A stretch of 64,000 nt of DNA from a virus. The translations under genes and the position numbers were made by a program. The notes below the pieces were generated by a model. It searched no databases. It was given only the letters and a program-made list of their open reading frames with translations, and had not been told where the DNA came from. This document shows positions 19,087 through 28,716 of the stretch, one piece after another. Positions within the stretch are counted from its first letter, which is position 1. The number at the start of each line of letters is the position of its first letter. The DNA is taken from IMG/VR virus record IMGVR_UViG_3300045988_184219. The stretch is one strand, 5' to 3'.

Positions 19087-19464
19087 TTATTCTTTATTTT
19101 TCAACTTTCGCATCGCATTTACATATTTTTCCCATGAAGCCCCACTAAACACACGATCAGGGTGTTCAATCCACCCACCATTAGTGGAGTAACATTCGAT
19201 CACAGCCTTATCCATGTGATAATTAAGCTCGTAAAACCCTTCGTTCTTCCGAATTTCAAGAGCCTCCTCCTTCGAACAAGTAAACCCGACCTCATCATTA
19301 TGAGCAAAGAGATCACTAATTGCGTCGTTCTCAAACCACTCTTGATCATCATCCTCCGCCCACTCAGGATCTTCACGTTGGGGAGAAAATACATAAGCAA
19401 TTCGCTCAGTACCAAGAATCTTCTCACTTGTAGGAAAAACCTTTATAACATAAATCTTCGCCAT
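19087..19464 (-). CDS. paralog family A protein (125 aa)
   Basis: IYVIKVFPTSEKILGTERIAYVF matches 1289..1567 and 49239..49514. Confidence 0.6.
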   Translation of the reverse strand: MAKIYVIKVFPTSEKILGTERIAYVFSPQREDPEWAEDDDQEWFENDAISDLFAHNDEVGFTCSKEEALEIRKNEGFYELNYHMDKAVIECYSTNGGWIEHPDRVFSGASWEKYVNAMRKLKNKE

Positions 19465-19759
19465 TGTGAACCGACCTTTCTAACCACGTAAAACAACCAA
19501 CCACCAATTACGGGAAATCAACCTTTTGTAGTTTTATTATATAACTTTATTTAGACATAGGGGGAGTTTTCTCTGGAAAAGCAAAATTATTTTTTCGAAA
19601 AGAAGAAACGCTTTAACATTTTCCTTTTGGCACATCAACATCTTAAACGCCACACGCATGAAATCTATTGTCTCAAAGAAGGGGTTGTTAATAAATTGTT
19701 TCTACAACACAAACAAAAAAGACCTGTCACAAAGCAACAGGTCTTGAAAACGAATCAAC

Positions 19760-20656
19760 TTAGCTCTGAGAATAAGGAATCGTCTCATCACTGACAACAA
19801 ACGTCAGTTCATCTCCATCCGCATAAGTGCGGTTGATAACATAGCCGTTCAAAATTCTTCCTGAACTACCATCTGTGTGGTTCACAAAAGAGATCTCGTT
19901 GGGAGCTTTGTCATCATACGAGAACGAAAGGTTTGTAAAATCGGTTGGTGACTTAGCCCCACACATACGCGCTACCCACGCATTGTTAACCGCATCAGGG
20001 ACAAGTTCACCATAGTAGTCCTCACGAAGATCAGGGTACGGCTCAAGCTCAGGGCGAACCTTTCCGCCGACATAACTCATCTCATCGCGCATAGCATACG
20101 GGGACGGGTACTTGAATACCTTAGAGCCGTCCGCAGACACATAACTCTCAATCCCAGTCACACACTTAGCGACCGTGCCACCGTTCTCATCCTCACTCAC
20201 GTCGAGATCAAAGTTGCAAATCTCTCGCGGATCAGTCACAACAAGGTTGTCATGAGAGGCAAGATCGAGATGAAGGTCAAACTTGCAGAACGACTCCTTA
20301 TTGCCAGCGGCGAGACACTTGGAGGTAGTTTCCGCAACATTGGAGCACTTTCCATTCTCGCATACTTTCACATCGCCGAATGCAACGACTTCCATGTCTG
20401 CATCAGCCTTCTTCATCTTGTCCTTGTAACTCTGGCTAATGCGGTCAGCGGAATACTCACACGTTCCATCACAAACGTAAGGCTTTGCGTTCTTCGCGGG
20501 GCGCTTGTACTTTCCGTTGATATGATGTTCAACCTCAAGTTCAGCCGCCTTTTCAAAAGCGGTATCTGTGGATGTGCCAGAGGAGGCAAAGCTCACACTT
20601 GTTCCACCAATAACGATAAGACTTGCTACGGCGAAAGACTTCATAATGTTTTTCAT
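19760..20656 (-). CDS. secreted cysteine-rich protein (299 aa, signal peptide)
   Basis: N-term MKNIMKSFAVASLIVIGGTSVSFASSG after SD AAAGAAAGGAAG; multiple Cys pairs; hairpin terminator 19720-19755. Confidence 0.6.
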   Translation of the reverse strand: MKNIMKSFAVASLIVIGGTSVSFASSGTSTDTAFEKAAELEVEHHINGKYKRPAKNAKPYVCDGTCEYSADRISQSYKDKMKKADADMEVVAFGDVKVCENGKCSNVAETTSKCLAAGNKESFCKFDLHLDLASHDNLVVTDPREICNFDLDVSEDENGGTVAKCVTGIESYVSADGSKVFKYPSPYAMRDEMSYVGGKVRPELEPYPDLREDYYGELVPDAVNNAWVARMCGAKSPTDFTNLSFSYDDKAPNEISFVNHTDGSSGRILNGYVINRTYADGDELTFVVSDETIPYSQS

Positions 20657-20731
20657 CTTGAGCATCTTCCTTTCTTTTAACAGCTCGTTCAACATGATAA
20701 GTATAGCACTTTTTAGAGAAACGTGTTTGAT

Positions 20732-21187
20732 TTAAGCATCTGTCAGCATATTTTTAAGAGCGTTACGAAACAAAATGACGTTTTCAGGCTTCATAATGTT
20801 AATACGTGTTGATGATGTTCCACAAAACACATGCATCTCACAAAATGAATCAGAATAAACCAAGACAATCCTTTGGCTTATTCCTAGGGATACGATCATC
20901 TCTCGTTTTTCAGTAGAACCGTCAACAGAAAGATCTTGAACGGCCAAACGATTTTTTCCAAACAGACCTTTAGGAAGATATGGAATCGTAAGTGTTAATT
21001 TGAAATCACAATCATACCGCTGGACAAGCTCTTTCAACAGAGCTATGTGTTTTTCGAGAATGTCATCACAACGATTATTTTTCTCGACAAAACTAGACTT
21101 TATACCACCACCACAAAAAGAATATCCAGAGAAAGCAATCCCCAAAACAACATCCAAAAGGAATGTTCGCATGATCTGTTTTTCCAT
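20732..21187 (-). CDS. hypothetical protein with N-terminal hydrophobic segment (151 aa)
   Basis: LLDVVLGIAFSGYSFCGGG possible signal/lipobox-like region. Confidence 0.5.
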   Translation of the reverse strand: MEKQIMRTFLLDVVLGIAFSGYSFCGGGIKSSFVEKNNRCDDILEKHIALLKELVQRYDCDFKLTLTIPYLPKGLFGKNRLAVQDLSVDGSTEKREMIVSLGISQRIVLVYSDSFCEMHVFCGTSSTRINIMKPENVILFRNALKNMLTDA

Positions 21188-21190
21188 AGA

Positions 21191-21670
21191 TTAAACTCCT
21201 CCCTTCAAATCTTGAATCATAATCGTAATCGCATTTCGGAACGGAACAAGATGTTCCACGCCATTCATTTCAAGTGCTTTATATTCATCATTCGTATAAC
21301 GCACAATCATATCGGCGTCGGTGTCTGTATAACGCAACGTGATTTTACGGTTAATACTTGCCGCATAGATGGTTAGTTTTCTTGCATTTATGCCAAGAAT
21401 CGCCTCATCATGCAGATGTACTTCATTGGTATAAAGTGCATCATTATGTCTTCCAGCAATAGTCCACAGCATTTGAAAAGAAGATGTATTATGTCTTATC
21501 GCATATTCAAGACGCTCAAAACGCTTTGCTCGCTCCACACCACGTAGAGCCTCATCATTTCGAAAATGTGACTCTCTGCCACCACCTGAGTATTCCCACG
21601 TTGCAAAATCGGCTGAGAGCAAAATATCATTGATGTGATCGCGGATGGTTTTGTTAGTTTTATTATCCAT
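21191..21670 (-). CDS. hypothetical protein (159 aa)
   Basis: 4 nt from the downstream gene, so an operon; promoter-box variant at 21675-21700. Confidence 0.55.
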   Translation of the reverse strand: MDNKTNKTIRDHINDILLSADFATWEYSGGGRESHFRNDEALRGVERAKRFERLEYAIRHNTSSFQMLWTIAGRHNDALYTNEVHLHDEAILGINARKLTIYAASINRKITLRYTDTDADMIVRYTNDEYKALEMNGVEHLVPFRNAITIMIQDLKGGV

Positions 21671-21719
21671 AATCTAGTCTTTCTTTCTAAACCAAGATTT
21701 TATATAAGCTAAAGGAAAA

Positions 21720-22076
21720 TTACTTGCGATGGGAATGAGAGATTACCTCATCCAACATAATTACAAGCCAGTCAGGTTTGTTCGTCAGCCTATTGGTCAA
21801 GTGTTCAAGAGAGGCCACTTGTTGCGGGGAGGAAAGTGTGTGATGTTTAACAATCAGAGTTAGCCCACGAACGAGAGCTGTGAGACGTTCGTGGGGAGGC
21901 TTATGCGATTGGACGTTATTGATAAGTGTATCAATTTGCTCGTTGACAAGTTTTTGTTGTTCAACCTGCCAAGTCGCAACCTCTCGTTGAGCGTCAGCAA
22001 GATGACGGCTTTTGGATATGTTTGGGGTTTTCAAAGAGAACACCTTCTTTTTGGCGATGGGTTTCAATCCGCGCAC
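21720..22076 (-). CDS. doubtful ORF (118 aa, no ATG start, no SD), runs into the CRISPR-like repeat
   Basis: Only a GTG start inside the repeat; no cassette. Confidence 0.2.
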   Translation of the reverse strand: MRGLKPIAKKKVFSLKTPNISKSRHLADAQREVATWQVEQQKLVNEQIDTLINNVQSHKPPHERLTALVRGLTLIVKHHTLSSPQQVASLEHLTNRLTNKPDWLVIMLDEVISHSHRK

Positions 22077-22092
22077 CTACAATAGGTACGAT
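22061..22092 (-). repeat. solitary CRISPR-like repeat unit (type I-C-like): minus strand ATCGTACCTATTGTAGGTGCGCGGATTGAAAC
   Basis: Same GCGGATTGAAAC handle and a compensated hairpin as at 7675 and 62075-62270. Confidence 0.5.
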
Positions 22093-22433
22093 GGCAACAC
22101 ATAGAAAGATTCGCCCGTTCCGAGTGCCTTCCACTCCACACAGATCACAAAATCGACGTATTTTAGGGAATCTATTCCCACTATCGCATCCTTGCGACCC
22201 TTCTCGATGAGAGGAAACGAGTCGATTTTATGTTCACTTGAGGTTCACACTCAGACGTTTTCTTTGGCATATCCAACGATTATTTGTGTCGCGGTTGTAA
22301 ATTTTCGGTCGTCCGCGCAAAACGACCTTCTTTTGACCAAATTCACGTCACCCAACCAAACGCCGGGTTCGACCTTACCACACAATCAATCCTCTCACCA
22401 CACCTTTCCTTTAGGCTATCAACAAGACTTCAT
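22093..22433 (-). other. conserved ~330-nt leader-like element (copy 2 of 3)
   Basis: GGCAACACATAG ... CGCATCCTTGCGACC ... GCGGTTGTAAATTTTCGGTCG ... shared with 7707..8044 and 62271..62602. Confidence 0.5.
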
Positions 22434-22529
22434 TTACAGAAAGTGTAACACATATTAAAAATTATTGTTCTGCAAAAAGAAAAACACCTGTCAAGCAAGT
22501 GTTTTTCAAGGAAGAGATTTGAGAAAGAA

Positions 22530-22994
22530 TTAAGCCTTTGCAATCAAGCTGAAAAATTCCCCCCAAACCTCATCCTGTGTCAATGCTGCAACCCAACCAA
22601 AGTCGAGCGCACCACCTCCATAGAGGAGATGCCCCTTAAGATCGTAACCGAAACGGTACGACCGCCGTCCCCTTACGTTACGACCAAGGAGAGAGAAAAT
22701 GAACTCTCCGATGTTATCATCATCGACATCACGACGATACGAAACACTAAGAGACGAGTCTTCACCACTGGAAAGAACAAGCGTCCAGTGATGTTCTGTG
22801 TCACTCATCGCCACAAGCAACACACGACTCAAAAGTTCACGCGGCAGGAGAGGATTCCCCTCATCATCAGCAGCGAGCTCGAAATCAATGCTCGCATCCC
22901 ACTTCTTGAAGTGAGCCGACGAAAATTCAACAGCATCAAGCAACATTTCCACAATGTGCTTGTGTGTCTCCTCAAAAAGATTAGCCGTTTTCAT
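22530..22994 (-). CDS. hypothetical protein (154 aa; start at MKTANLF with SD)
   Basis: SD AAGAAAGGGTGG before ATG 22994; terminator hairpin 22460-22490. Confidence 0.55.
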   Translation of the reverse strand: MKTANLFEETHKHIVEMLLDAVEFSSAHFKKWDASIDFELAADDEGNPLLPRELLSRVLLVAMSDTEHHWTLVLSSGEDSSLSVSYRRDVDDDNIGEFIFSLLGRNVRGRRSYRFGYDLKGHLLYGGGALDFGWVAALTQDEVWGEFFSLIAKA

Positions 22995-23099
22995 AAAACC
23001 ACCCTTTCTTAAAAACACGTTGAATACGTGTTTTATAAAAAACCAACAATACCTTAACAACTTAATTATAATTTCTTTCTATTAAAAAGACAAAAGAAA

Positions 23100-23520
23100 A
23101 CCCACTCATTATTATAAAGGTGAGCTATCTTTCCGTTTCATTAATCAAGCTGTTTTATATCAACCAACCATCCTTTTCGTCTTTCCAAGTTCATCATACT
23201 GCTCCACCCAATTCTTCAAATGAGCATCCGCAACAGAGAGAGACACGGACGGATAGCGACGAATACAGTTGCCATTCTTATAATATCGCACTTGAACTCC
23301 CCACGACTCTCATCGCGGGATTCTCGGGTCGTTCGCAACTTAGACACCTTCTCACCGCAAATGAGACGTTGATCCAGTGCCCAGAGGTCGCGAAAAATTA
23401 CCGAGCTATCCCCGTCGTCCCAACGGTTCGGTAAGGCGAAAAGTTCGTTGATAAGCCAAAGGATTAGGCGGATTTGTCGCGAAACTTTTCATCGAGTTCT
23501 ACGAGGAGCCGAAGCCCTTC
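23100..23520 (-). ncRNA. candidate TnpB guide RNA (omega/reRNA) region: 3' end of tnpB plus downstream right end
   Basis: ~400 nt ORF-poor segment downstream of tnpB where IS605-family elements encode their guide RNA; not verified structurally. Confidence 0.3.
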
Positions 23521-24621
23521 GCAGAGAATATTCTGTGCCGCGTTGAGGTCGCGGTCGTGATGATGCCCACACTTCGGGCAGATCCACTCACGCACGCTGA
23601 GTTCCTTGACGGCGGGGTTTTTGAAGCCGCAATTTCCGCAGGTCTGCGAGGAGGCGTAGAACCTGTCCACAGTGAGGAGAACGCGTCCGCGCCAGAGAGA
23701 CTTGTATTCGAGCTGTCGTCTAAGTTCACCCCACGAGGAATCCGCGATGTGACGGGCGAGACAGTGATTCTTTATCATCCCGCTCACGTTGAGGTCTTCA
23801 ATGAAGATAACCCCGTACTTTTTTGTGACAAAGTTCGTTAATTTATGAAGGTAGTCCTCTCGTTGTGCCGCAATTTTTGCGTTCAGCCGTGCCACCTTGA
23901 CCCGAGCCTTCTCGCGACGCGCACTCGACTTTGATTTTCGGTCGAACGAGCGTTGCAGAAATTTCAGGCGATTTAAGGAGGTATTGAGCGGCTTGAGCGC
24001 GTCAAACTGCGTGCCATCGGAGAGGATTGCGAGGTCTTTGATGCCAAGGTCGATGCCGACAGGATCTTCATTGTGCTCCAACACAGGCGCAGGAACGTCG
24101 GTTGCGCAGATCGAAATGTAGTACCGCCCGTCTGGTTCGATACGCACGGTCGCACTGAGGATTCTGCCCTCTGGAATGAGGTTCTTCCCTCCGCGAATCC
24201 GCACCCTGCCGAGCTTCGGAAGCTTGATATGCGTCCCCTCAAACGCGATGTTGTTATTCGTGAAATTCGTCCGATAACTCTGATAGTTGTCGCGTTTGGA
24301 CTTGAAGCGTGGATAACCAAACTTCCTCTTGCGCGACGAGTTGACCGTTCCAAAGAAATTATCATAGGCTTTATCGAGATCGCGAAGGGCGTTCTGTAAC
24401 GCACATTTATCGGGTTCGAGGAGGAACGGGAGTTCACGTTTGAGGTCGGTCAGCCGTTTGCTACACGCGTTGTAACCGAGCGTTTTCTTCGTTTCCGCGT
24501 ATGTGTCGATTCGGAGTCGAAGAAAATAATTGTAAATAAATCGTTTACACCCGAACGTCTTTTTAATCAAGTCACGTTGCTTTGCGTTCGGGTAGGCACG
24601 GTACACGTACCCCTTTTCCAT
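23464..24621 (-). CDS. tnpB: IS200/IS605-family TnpB (RNA-guided RuvC nuclease, OrfB)
   Basis: RuvC-I GIDLGIKD, RuvC-II IFIEDLN, zinc finger CGNCG...CPKCG, RuvC-III RDLNAAQNI; 385 aa; no tnpA. Confidence 0.85.
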   Translation of the reverse strand: MEKGYVYRAYPNAKQRDLIKKTFGCKRFIYNYFLRLRIDTYAETKKTLGYNACSKRLTDLKRELPFLLEPDKCALQNALRDLDKAYDNFFGTVNSSRKRKFGYPRFKSKRDNYQSYRTNFTNNNIAFEGTHIKLPKLGRVRIRGGKNLIPEGRILSATVRIEPDGRYYISICATDVPAPVLEHNEDPVGIDLGIKDLAILSDGTQFDALKPLNTSLNRLKFLQRSFDRKSKSSARREKARVKVARLNAKIAAQREDYLHKLTNFVTKKYGVIFIEDLNVSGMIKNHCLARHIADSSWGELRRQLEYKSLWRGRVLLTVDRFYASSQTCGNCGFKNPAVKELSVREWICPKCGHHHDRDLNAAQNILCEGLRLLVELDEKFRDKSA

Positions 24622-24725
24622 TTGGTCAATCCACCTCCTTTTATCTCAAAACTTCATTGTTATTATAACATTTTCTCTATCGAAAATCTACCGATTTTCG
24701 AAGACTTTCCTTTTTACCCGCTATC

Positions 24726-24760
24726 CAACGACTGAGGTCACGGGTGTGCGCGGGGGATTT
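24726..24760. repeat. GC-rich 35-nt element (copy 2) in the tnpB 5' leader
   Basis: CAACGACTGAGGTCACGGGTGTGCGCGGGGGATTT, near-identical to 18969..19004. Confidence 0.5.
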
Positions 24761-24810
24761 AATCAAAGGTATACAGCTTACTTGTGTGTTTATTATATAG
24801 CTTTTTAAGT

Positions 24811-24896
24811 GAGCCAAAGAGAAAATCGGAGGTAACGGTAGTTTTCCTTTCTGTCGTCACACTCCGACTACTCGACACCTTTTCTTTGGTCTACTC
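24811..24896 (-). terminator. cassette terminator with both inverted arms (GAGCCAAAGAGAAAA ... hairpin ... TTTTCTTTGGTCTAC)
   Basis: Representative of the inverted CCAAAGG/CCTTTGG arms flanking a GC hairpin. Confidence 0.5.
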
Positions 24897-25328
24897 AACC
24901 ACACCAAAACAAGCAAGGAAGTCGTATTTTAATTTATTGCAAACTGTTTTGATAGGGAGGAGAATTCTTTTTGTTTTCTTCCCATTCTCATAACCTTCAA
25001 CCTCACACCACTTACTCGTAGTTGGACGAATAAGAATAGAGTTAGTGCGGTTATTCGTCACTTTACGAAGTGAAACAAAAACGGAATCATCGCTTGCAAA
25101 ACGCTCAATCATTAGTTTGTCACCAGAACAAAAGAGTTCGATGGTGCTCTCTAAGTCCCATTTAGAAATGGAACTTAAAAGAATCTCTCGCGACTCCTCA
25201 TCCACATAGCCGCCACAAAACGATTTTTCGAGAACCAACTCACAATTCAAGTAAATTGTTGCTTGGTTAAACGAAACGTTTTTGCACCAGTCATAGATAA
25301 TTTGTTGAATCTTATCCAACAGAATCAC
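24891..25328 (-). CDS. paralog family F protein (145 aa)
   Basis: ILLDKIQQIIYDW ... WDLESTIELFCSGDKLMIERF shared with next two genes. Confidence 0.55.
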   Translation of the reverse strand: MILLDKIQQIIYDWCKNVSFNQATIYLNCELVLEKSFCGGYVDEESREILLSSISKWDLESTIELFCSGDKLMIERFASDDSVFVSLRKVTNNRTNSILIRPTTSKWCEVEGYENGKKTKRILLPIKTVCNKLKYDFLACFGVVE

Positions 25329-25385
25329 ACCTTCCTCAAATCACAAAAACTACAAAAAATCACAAAAACTACAAACTTGCATCCA

Positions 25386-25826
25386 TTACGTTCCAAAATT
25401 CGACAAGACACAATTTTCAAGTTCTGCACAAGCAACTCGTATATTTGACAATAAGAGGTCAATAGTCGCACCGTTGGAAAGGTGTCTAACGATACAATCA
25501 TGAGATCTTCTACGAACCATAATACCAGTGCTATGTTCACACATAGACTTTTCAAGGATAAGAATGAAAGAATTATCATAAACCAATCTTTCTATCATGA
25601 TTTTGTCGCCAGCTCGAAAAAGCTCAACAATCCAATCAACATCTTCGCGAGCAACAACACTTAAAATATAATTTCTCGACACATCATCAATATCATTATT
25701 TAAGAATTCCTGTTCAAAAACAGTTTTATAATTAAGCTGAACTATTGCGCGATCAACGGGGGAATCCGCAACAAAATCATAGATTGCTTTTTGAATTTTG
25801 TTCAAAATAAAACCTCCAAATCTCAA
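25386..25826 (-). CDS. paralog family F protein (~140 aa; true start probably the TTG after SD GGAGG)
   Basis: ILNKIQKAIYDF ... VDWIVELFRAGDKIMIERL. Confidence 0.55.
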   Translation of the reverse strand: MRFGGFILNKIQKAIYDFVADSPVDRAIVQLNYKTVFEQEFLNNDIDDVSRNYILSVVAREDVDWIVELFRAGDKIMIERLVYDNSFILILEKSMCEHSTGIMVRRRSHDCIVRHLSNGATIDLLLSNIRVACAELENCVLSNFGT

Positions 25827-26257
25827 AACTCAGCATATAAAAGACGTTTGATAGTTGCCATTGCCGACCGAATCGCACAAAACCGCTCCTCTATCAAGTC
25901 CGCGCCCTCATAACGCTCCAACCTGCACCCATTCTTTAGGTACTCAACAAAATAGGAATCGTTACGCTTGTTTTGCTCATCCCGCACAACCGAAACAAGA
26001 TAACCCTTTCCATCGCTATCGGTTTCTGCATAGTATTTGGCAACGAGCATCTTTCCACTGCCAATAGCTTCAACCCACCAATCCTTATCACAGCTTGCAA
26101 TCATGTCAAGCACTTTGTTTTGAGCCACAATATTGGGACGAAGGTCAAGACAGCGCATATCTTCGGCAACAACAAGTTTTCCGTTTTTGCGAGCCGTGAT
26201 AAACCCAAAGTCGATGTTGCGGAGAGCGTAGTAGATTGTCGATTGAATTATATCCAT
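25823..26257 (-). CDS. paralog family F protein (144 aa; start at MDIIQSTIYY)
   Basis: SD AAGAAAGAGAG before ATG 26257; DWWVEAIGSGKMLVAKY. Confidence 0.55.
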   Translation of the reverse strand: MDIIQSTIYYALRNIDFGFITARKNGKLVVAEDMRCLDLRPNIVAQNKVLDMIASCDKDWWVEAIGSGKMLVAKYYAETDSDGKGYLVSVVRDEQNKRNDSYFVEYLKNGCRLERYEGADLIEERFCAIRSAMATIKRLLYAEF

Positions 26258-26424
26258 AGTTACTCTCTTTCTTGTTTGTTTTGATGGTTTTATTATATAA
26301 CAAAATGTAAGTTGAAAAAGCATTTTTTCGTTGTAAGAGATGGTTAATAGACCAAAGAAAAGACAGGGTTGGAAAACAGTTTTTTGCATCCACTCTGCCT
26401 ATTTTTTGGCCTATAAAATTGATC

Positions 26425-26934
26425 TCAAAACCGCTTGATTACCTTATGGGTGCAACCAATCGCGGCAATCATAGATCTCAAGTGTTTACGAACAAGAGTG
26501 TTTGTCATCTCTGCTCCGCACACCTTGTGGTGTTCATCAACAAAAGGTGCATTGACATCCCACCTATCGCCGTAGAACCCACCATTATTATTTTTTACCG
26601 CGCTAACTCGCAGAACAAGTGGTTTAGGATTGGATGCTAAGGAGAAAACAATGCAGAAAGACTGAGTTCCTTTGCGCCAATCGACTCGAACATTCTCATT
26701 CTTTCTTCCGACGAGCTCAAAAGACCAATCTCGATCAAGCGAACCTGCGGGAGAATGTTTGAGGAATGCTCCAAAATCCTTAATTGGATTGTCTTTTGGG
26801 GAGAATGCGAGCGCTCCAACATGTTCCGCATAAGCATCAGCGTCAGCCCCGATAAACGAGCCACTGAACTTATCTGGCATGAGGGATGGAACAGCAAGGA
26901 GATTGTAGATCGTTTTCTGGAATTTTCTCATCAA
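26425..26934 (-). CDS. hypothetical protein (169 aa)
   Basis: ORF overlapping the upstream gene by 4 nt (operon). Confidence 0.55.
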   Translation of the reverse strand: MMRKFQKTIYNLLAVPSLMPDKFSGSFIGADADAYAEHVGALAFSPKDNPIKDFGAFLKHSPAGSLDRDWSFELVGRKNENVRVDWRKGTQSFCIVFSLASNPKPLVLRVSAVKNNNGGFYGDRWDVNAPFVDEHHKVCGAEMTNTLVRKHLRSMIAAIGCTHKVIKRF

Positions 26935-27422
26935 ATACCAACCTTTCTATCTTCCATAAGCTGAACATTTTCCGAAACAAAGTTCCGAAAATATTCGATG
27001 GCGTTATCTCCATCCCGGAAAGAGAATGTACGCTTATCGCCAAAACTCTTCGTGACATCAACCCAATCTTTATGGACGACAAGACGAATTTTCCGCTCCG
27101 TACTCGGACATTCAACAGCAACGTCGTAGTAACCCAAAAAGTTGGGATGGATTGCGATCTGGACAGCCTTTGCGTACTTTGCATGACCTTCATTTGAAAA
27201 GAAAATTGTCACACCAAAGTGTTTGTTATTAAATGCAGCCATAAGCTGTCCGCGCAATTTGTGGAACTTCTCGCTCACATCCTCGCCACGCTCGATCTCA
27301 GCAAAACTAACATTAAGTGCTGTATCACTACCGTGGACGCGGAACGCAGGGAAGTCGAGCTCCATAATCGCGTCAATGATGTAAGGTGCGATGCGAGAAG
27401 GATGGATGTGTTCTTTGTTCAT
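26931..27422 (-). CDS. hypothetical protein (163 aa)
   Basis: SD AGAAAGGAAAACAT before ATG; cassette block 27455-27495. Confidence 0.55.
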   Translation of the reverse strand: MNKEHIHPSRIAPYIIDAIMELDFPAFRVHGSDTALNVSFAEIERGEDVSEKFHKLRGQLMAAFNNKHFGVTIFFSNEGHAKYAKAVQIAIHPNFLGYYDVAVECPSTERKIRLVVHKDWVDVTKSFGDKRTFSFRDGDNAIEYFRNFVSENVQLMEDRKVGI

Positions 27423-27680
27423 GATATGTTTTCCTTTCTGTTTTTGTCTTGATGTTGACGATCAACAACTTTTGATGGATTTATTATATAATAAAATGTA
27501 GAGCAGGGATAGAGTTTTTTGGTTGGTCGAGTTTGTTTGTTGAGTTGTTGTTGGTGTTGGACGGCGGTTTTCTTGATAGATCAAAGGAAAAATGTCGTTG
27601 GATTGAGGGGTTCTAATTCCAAACGGCACATATTTTTTCCTTTTGGCTAATTGTCAGAAAACGAATCTACGCATCGTAGG

Positions 27681-27709
27681 TTGATATTTTCTAGTAAAAT
27701 CAATATGAT
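27681..27709 (+). promoter_or_regulatory. sigma-70 promoter for the + strand module (TTGATA-17-TATGAT)
   Basis: Ideal spacing, 27 nt upstream of SD AAAGGAGGA / ATG 27736. Confidence 0.6.
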
Positions 27710-27735
27710 TTTTGTAAAGGAGGATAAATATTAAA

Positions 27736-28359
27736 ATGGAAGATGGCACAAACAAAACAACAGTTTTAACAAAAGAAGAATGTATAAAACTTAGAAAAGA
27801 ATTGCTAGGGGAAGAAGAAATAAATTTTCAAACATTTATTAAAAGCCGTTTAACCGAATTAAACCTACAACAAAAACACCTAGCAGATATGTGCAACGTA
27901 AGCGATAAGACAATTTCTAAGTGGTGTTCTGGAAGGGGGCTTCCCGACATAATGATGATTCCTGTTTTGGCAGAGACATTAGATGTTTCAATACATGCGA
28001 TTACAAACTCCATTTTTGGAATTCGAGATTATTATACGGTTGATGATTTAACTTCGAGAGCTATTTTAGATGGAGTGATAAAAGAAAAGAACGAATTTCC
28101 TGATGCAGATTGTATAGCGGGAGCTTTTATTGGAAAAAGTGAATATAACCTATATTTACTCTTAAAACACATATATAAAACAAATGGTGTAGAATATACG
28201 ATTAACGATTTTCTCAAAAGTGATGAGTTTCGTCGGATTTGTTCAATTAAGCGTATAGCAGTATTGCAAAAGGTGTTCATGTGGTTCCAGAACGTCAAGA
28301 TCTATAATTGGGATAAAGAAAGAGATTTTGAGTTTAGAAAAGAGGTTAAAGTAAAATGA
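27736..28359 (+). CDS. XRE-family helix-turn-helix transcriptional regulator (207 aa)
   Basis: HTH LTELNLQQKHLADMCNVSDKTISKWCSG; low-GC codon usage unlike its neighbours; opposite strand. Confidence 0.7.
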   Translation: MEDGTNKTTVLTKEECIKLRKELLGEEEINFQTFIKSRLTELNLQQKHLADMCNVSDKTISKWCSGRGLPDIMMIPVLAETLDVSIHAITNSIFGIRDYYTVDDLTSRAILDGVIKEKNEFPDADCIAGAFIGKSEYNLYLLLKHIYKTNGVEYTINDFLKSDEFRRICSIKRIAVLQKVFMWFQNVKIYNWDKERDFEFRKEVKVK

Positions 28360-28667
28360 AGTTAGTAGGAAATGAACAAGACGTTCTTTTTTTACAAGAC
28401 GTACATCAGTTATTGTTATCAAAACATAAAGACGATATAGAAAAATTATTATTTATAAGTGGCTGGAAAGAAACACAGATAAAAGTATTTCTTTATTTGT
28501 TAAAGTCTATTTGTTTCGAGATAAATGAAAAAGAGTTGTCTTTACTATTTGGTGTATATGATAGAAGATCAGGGGGAGCACTATCCTTTCGAGGTGACAA
28601 CGGGGGGTATCATTGGGATGTCATGTCTCAAGAAAATGTAAAAAGTTGTTTAACTAAATTGATGTGA
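28356..28667 (+). CDS. hypothetical protein (103 aa), co-transcribed with the XRE regulator
   Basis: 4-nt overlap with upstream stop; same low-GC composition. Confidence 0.55.
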   Translation: MKLVGNEQDVLFLQDVHQLLLSKHKDDIEKLLFISGWKETQIKVFLYLLKSICFEINEKELSLLFGVYDRRSGGALSFRGDNGGYHWDVMSQENVKSCLTKLM

Positions 28668-28668
28668 T

Positions 28669-28698
28669 AAAAACCACCTAATATATTAGGTGGTTTTT
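28669..28698. terminator. bidirectional intrinsic terminator AAAAACCACCTAATATATTAGGTGGTTTTT
   Basis: Perfect 9-bp stem with A/T tracts on both sides, between convergent genes. Confidence 0.7.
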
Positions 28699-28716
28699 AC
28701 TGACACTACAAAATTT

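Noticed and set aside
21720-22076. 118-aa minus-strand ORF abutting the solitary CRISPR-like repeat
   Set aside because: It has no ATG and no SD, and its only possible start lies inside the repeat. Kept as a very low-confidence feature; it may instead be transcribed as a non-coding extension of the repeat.
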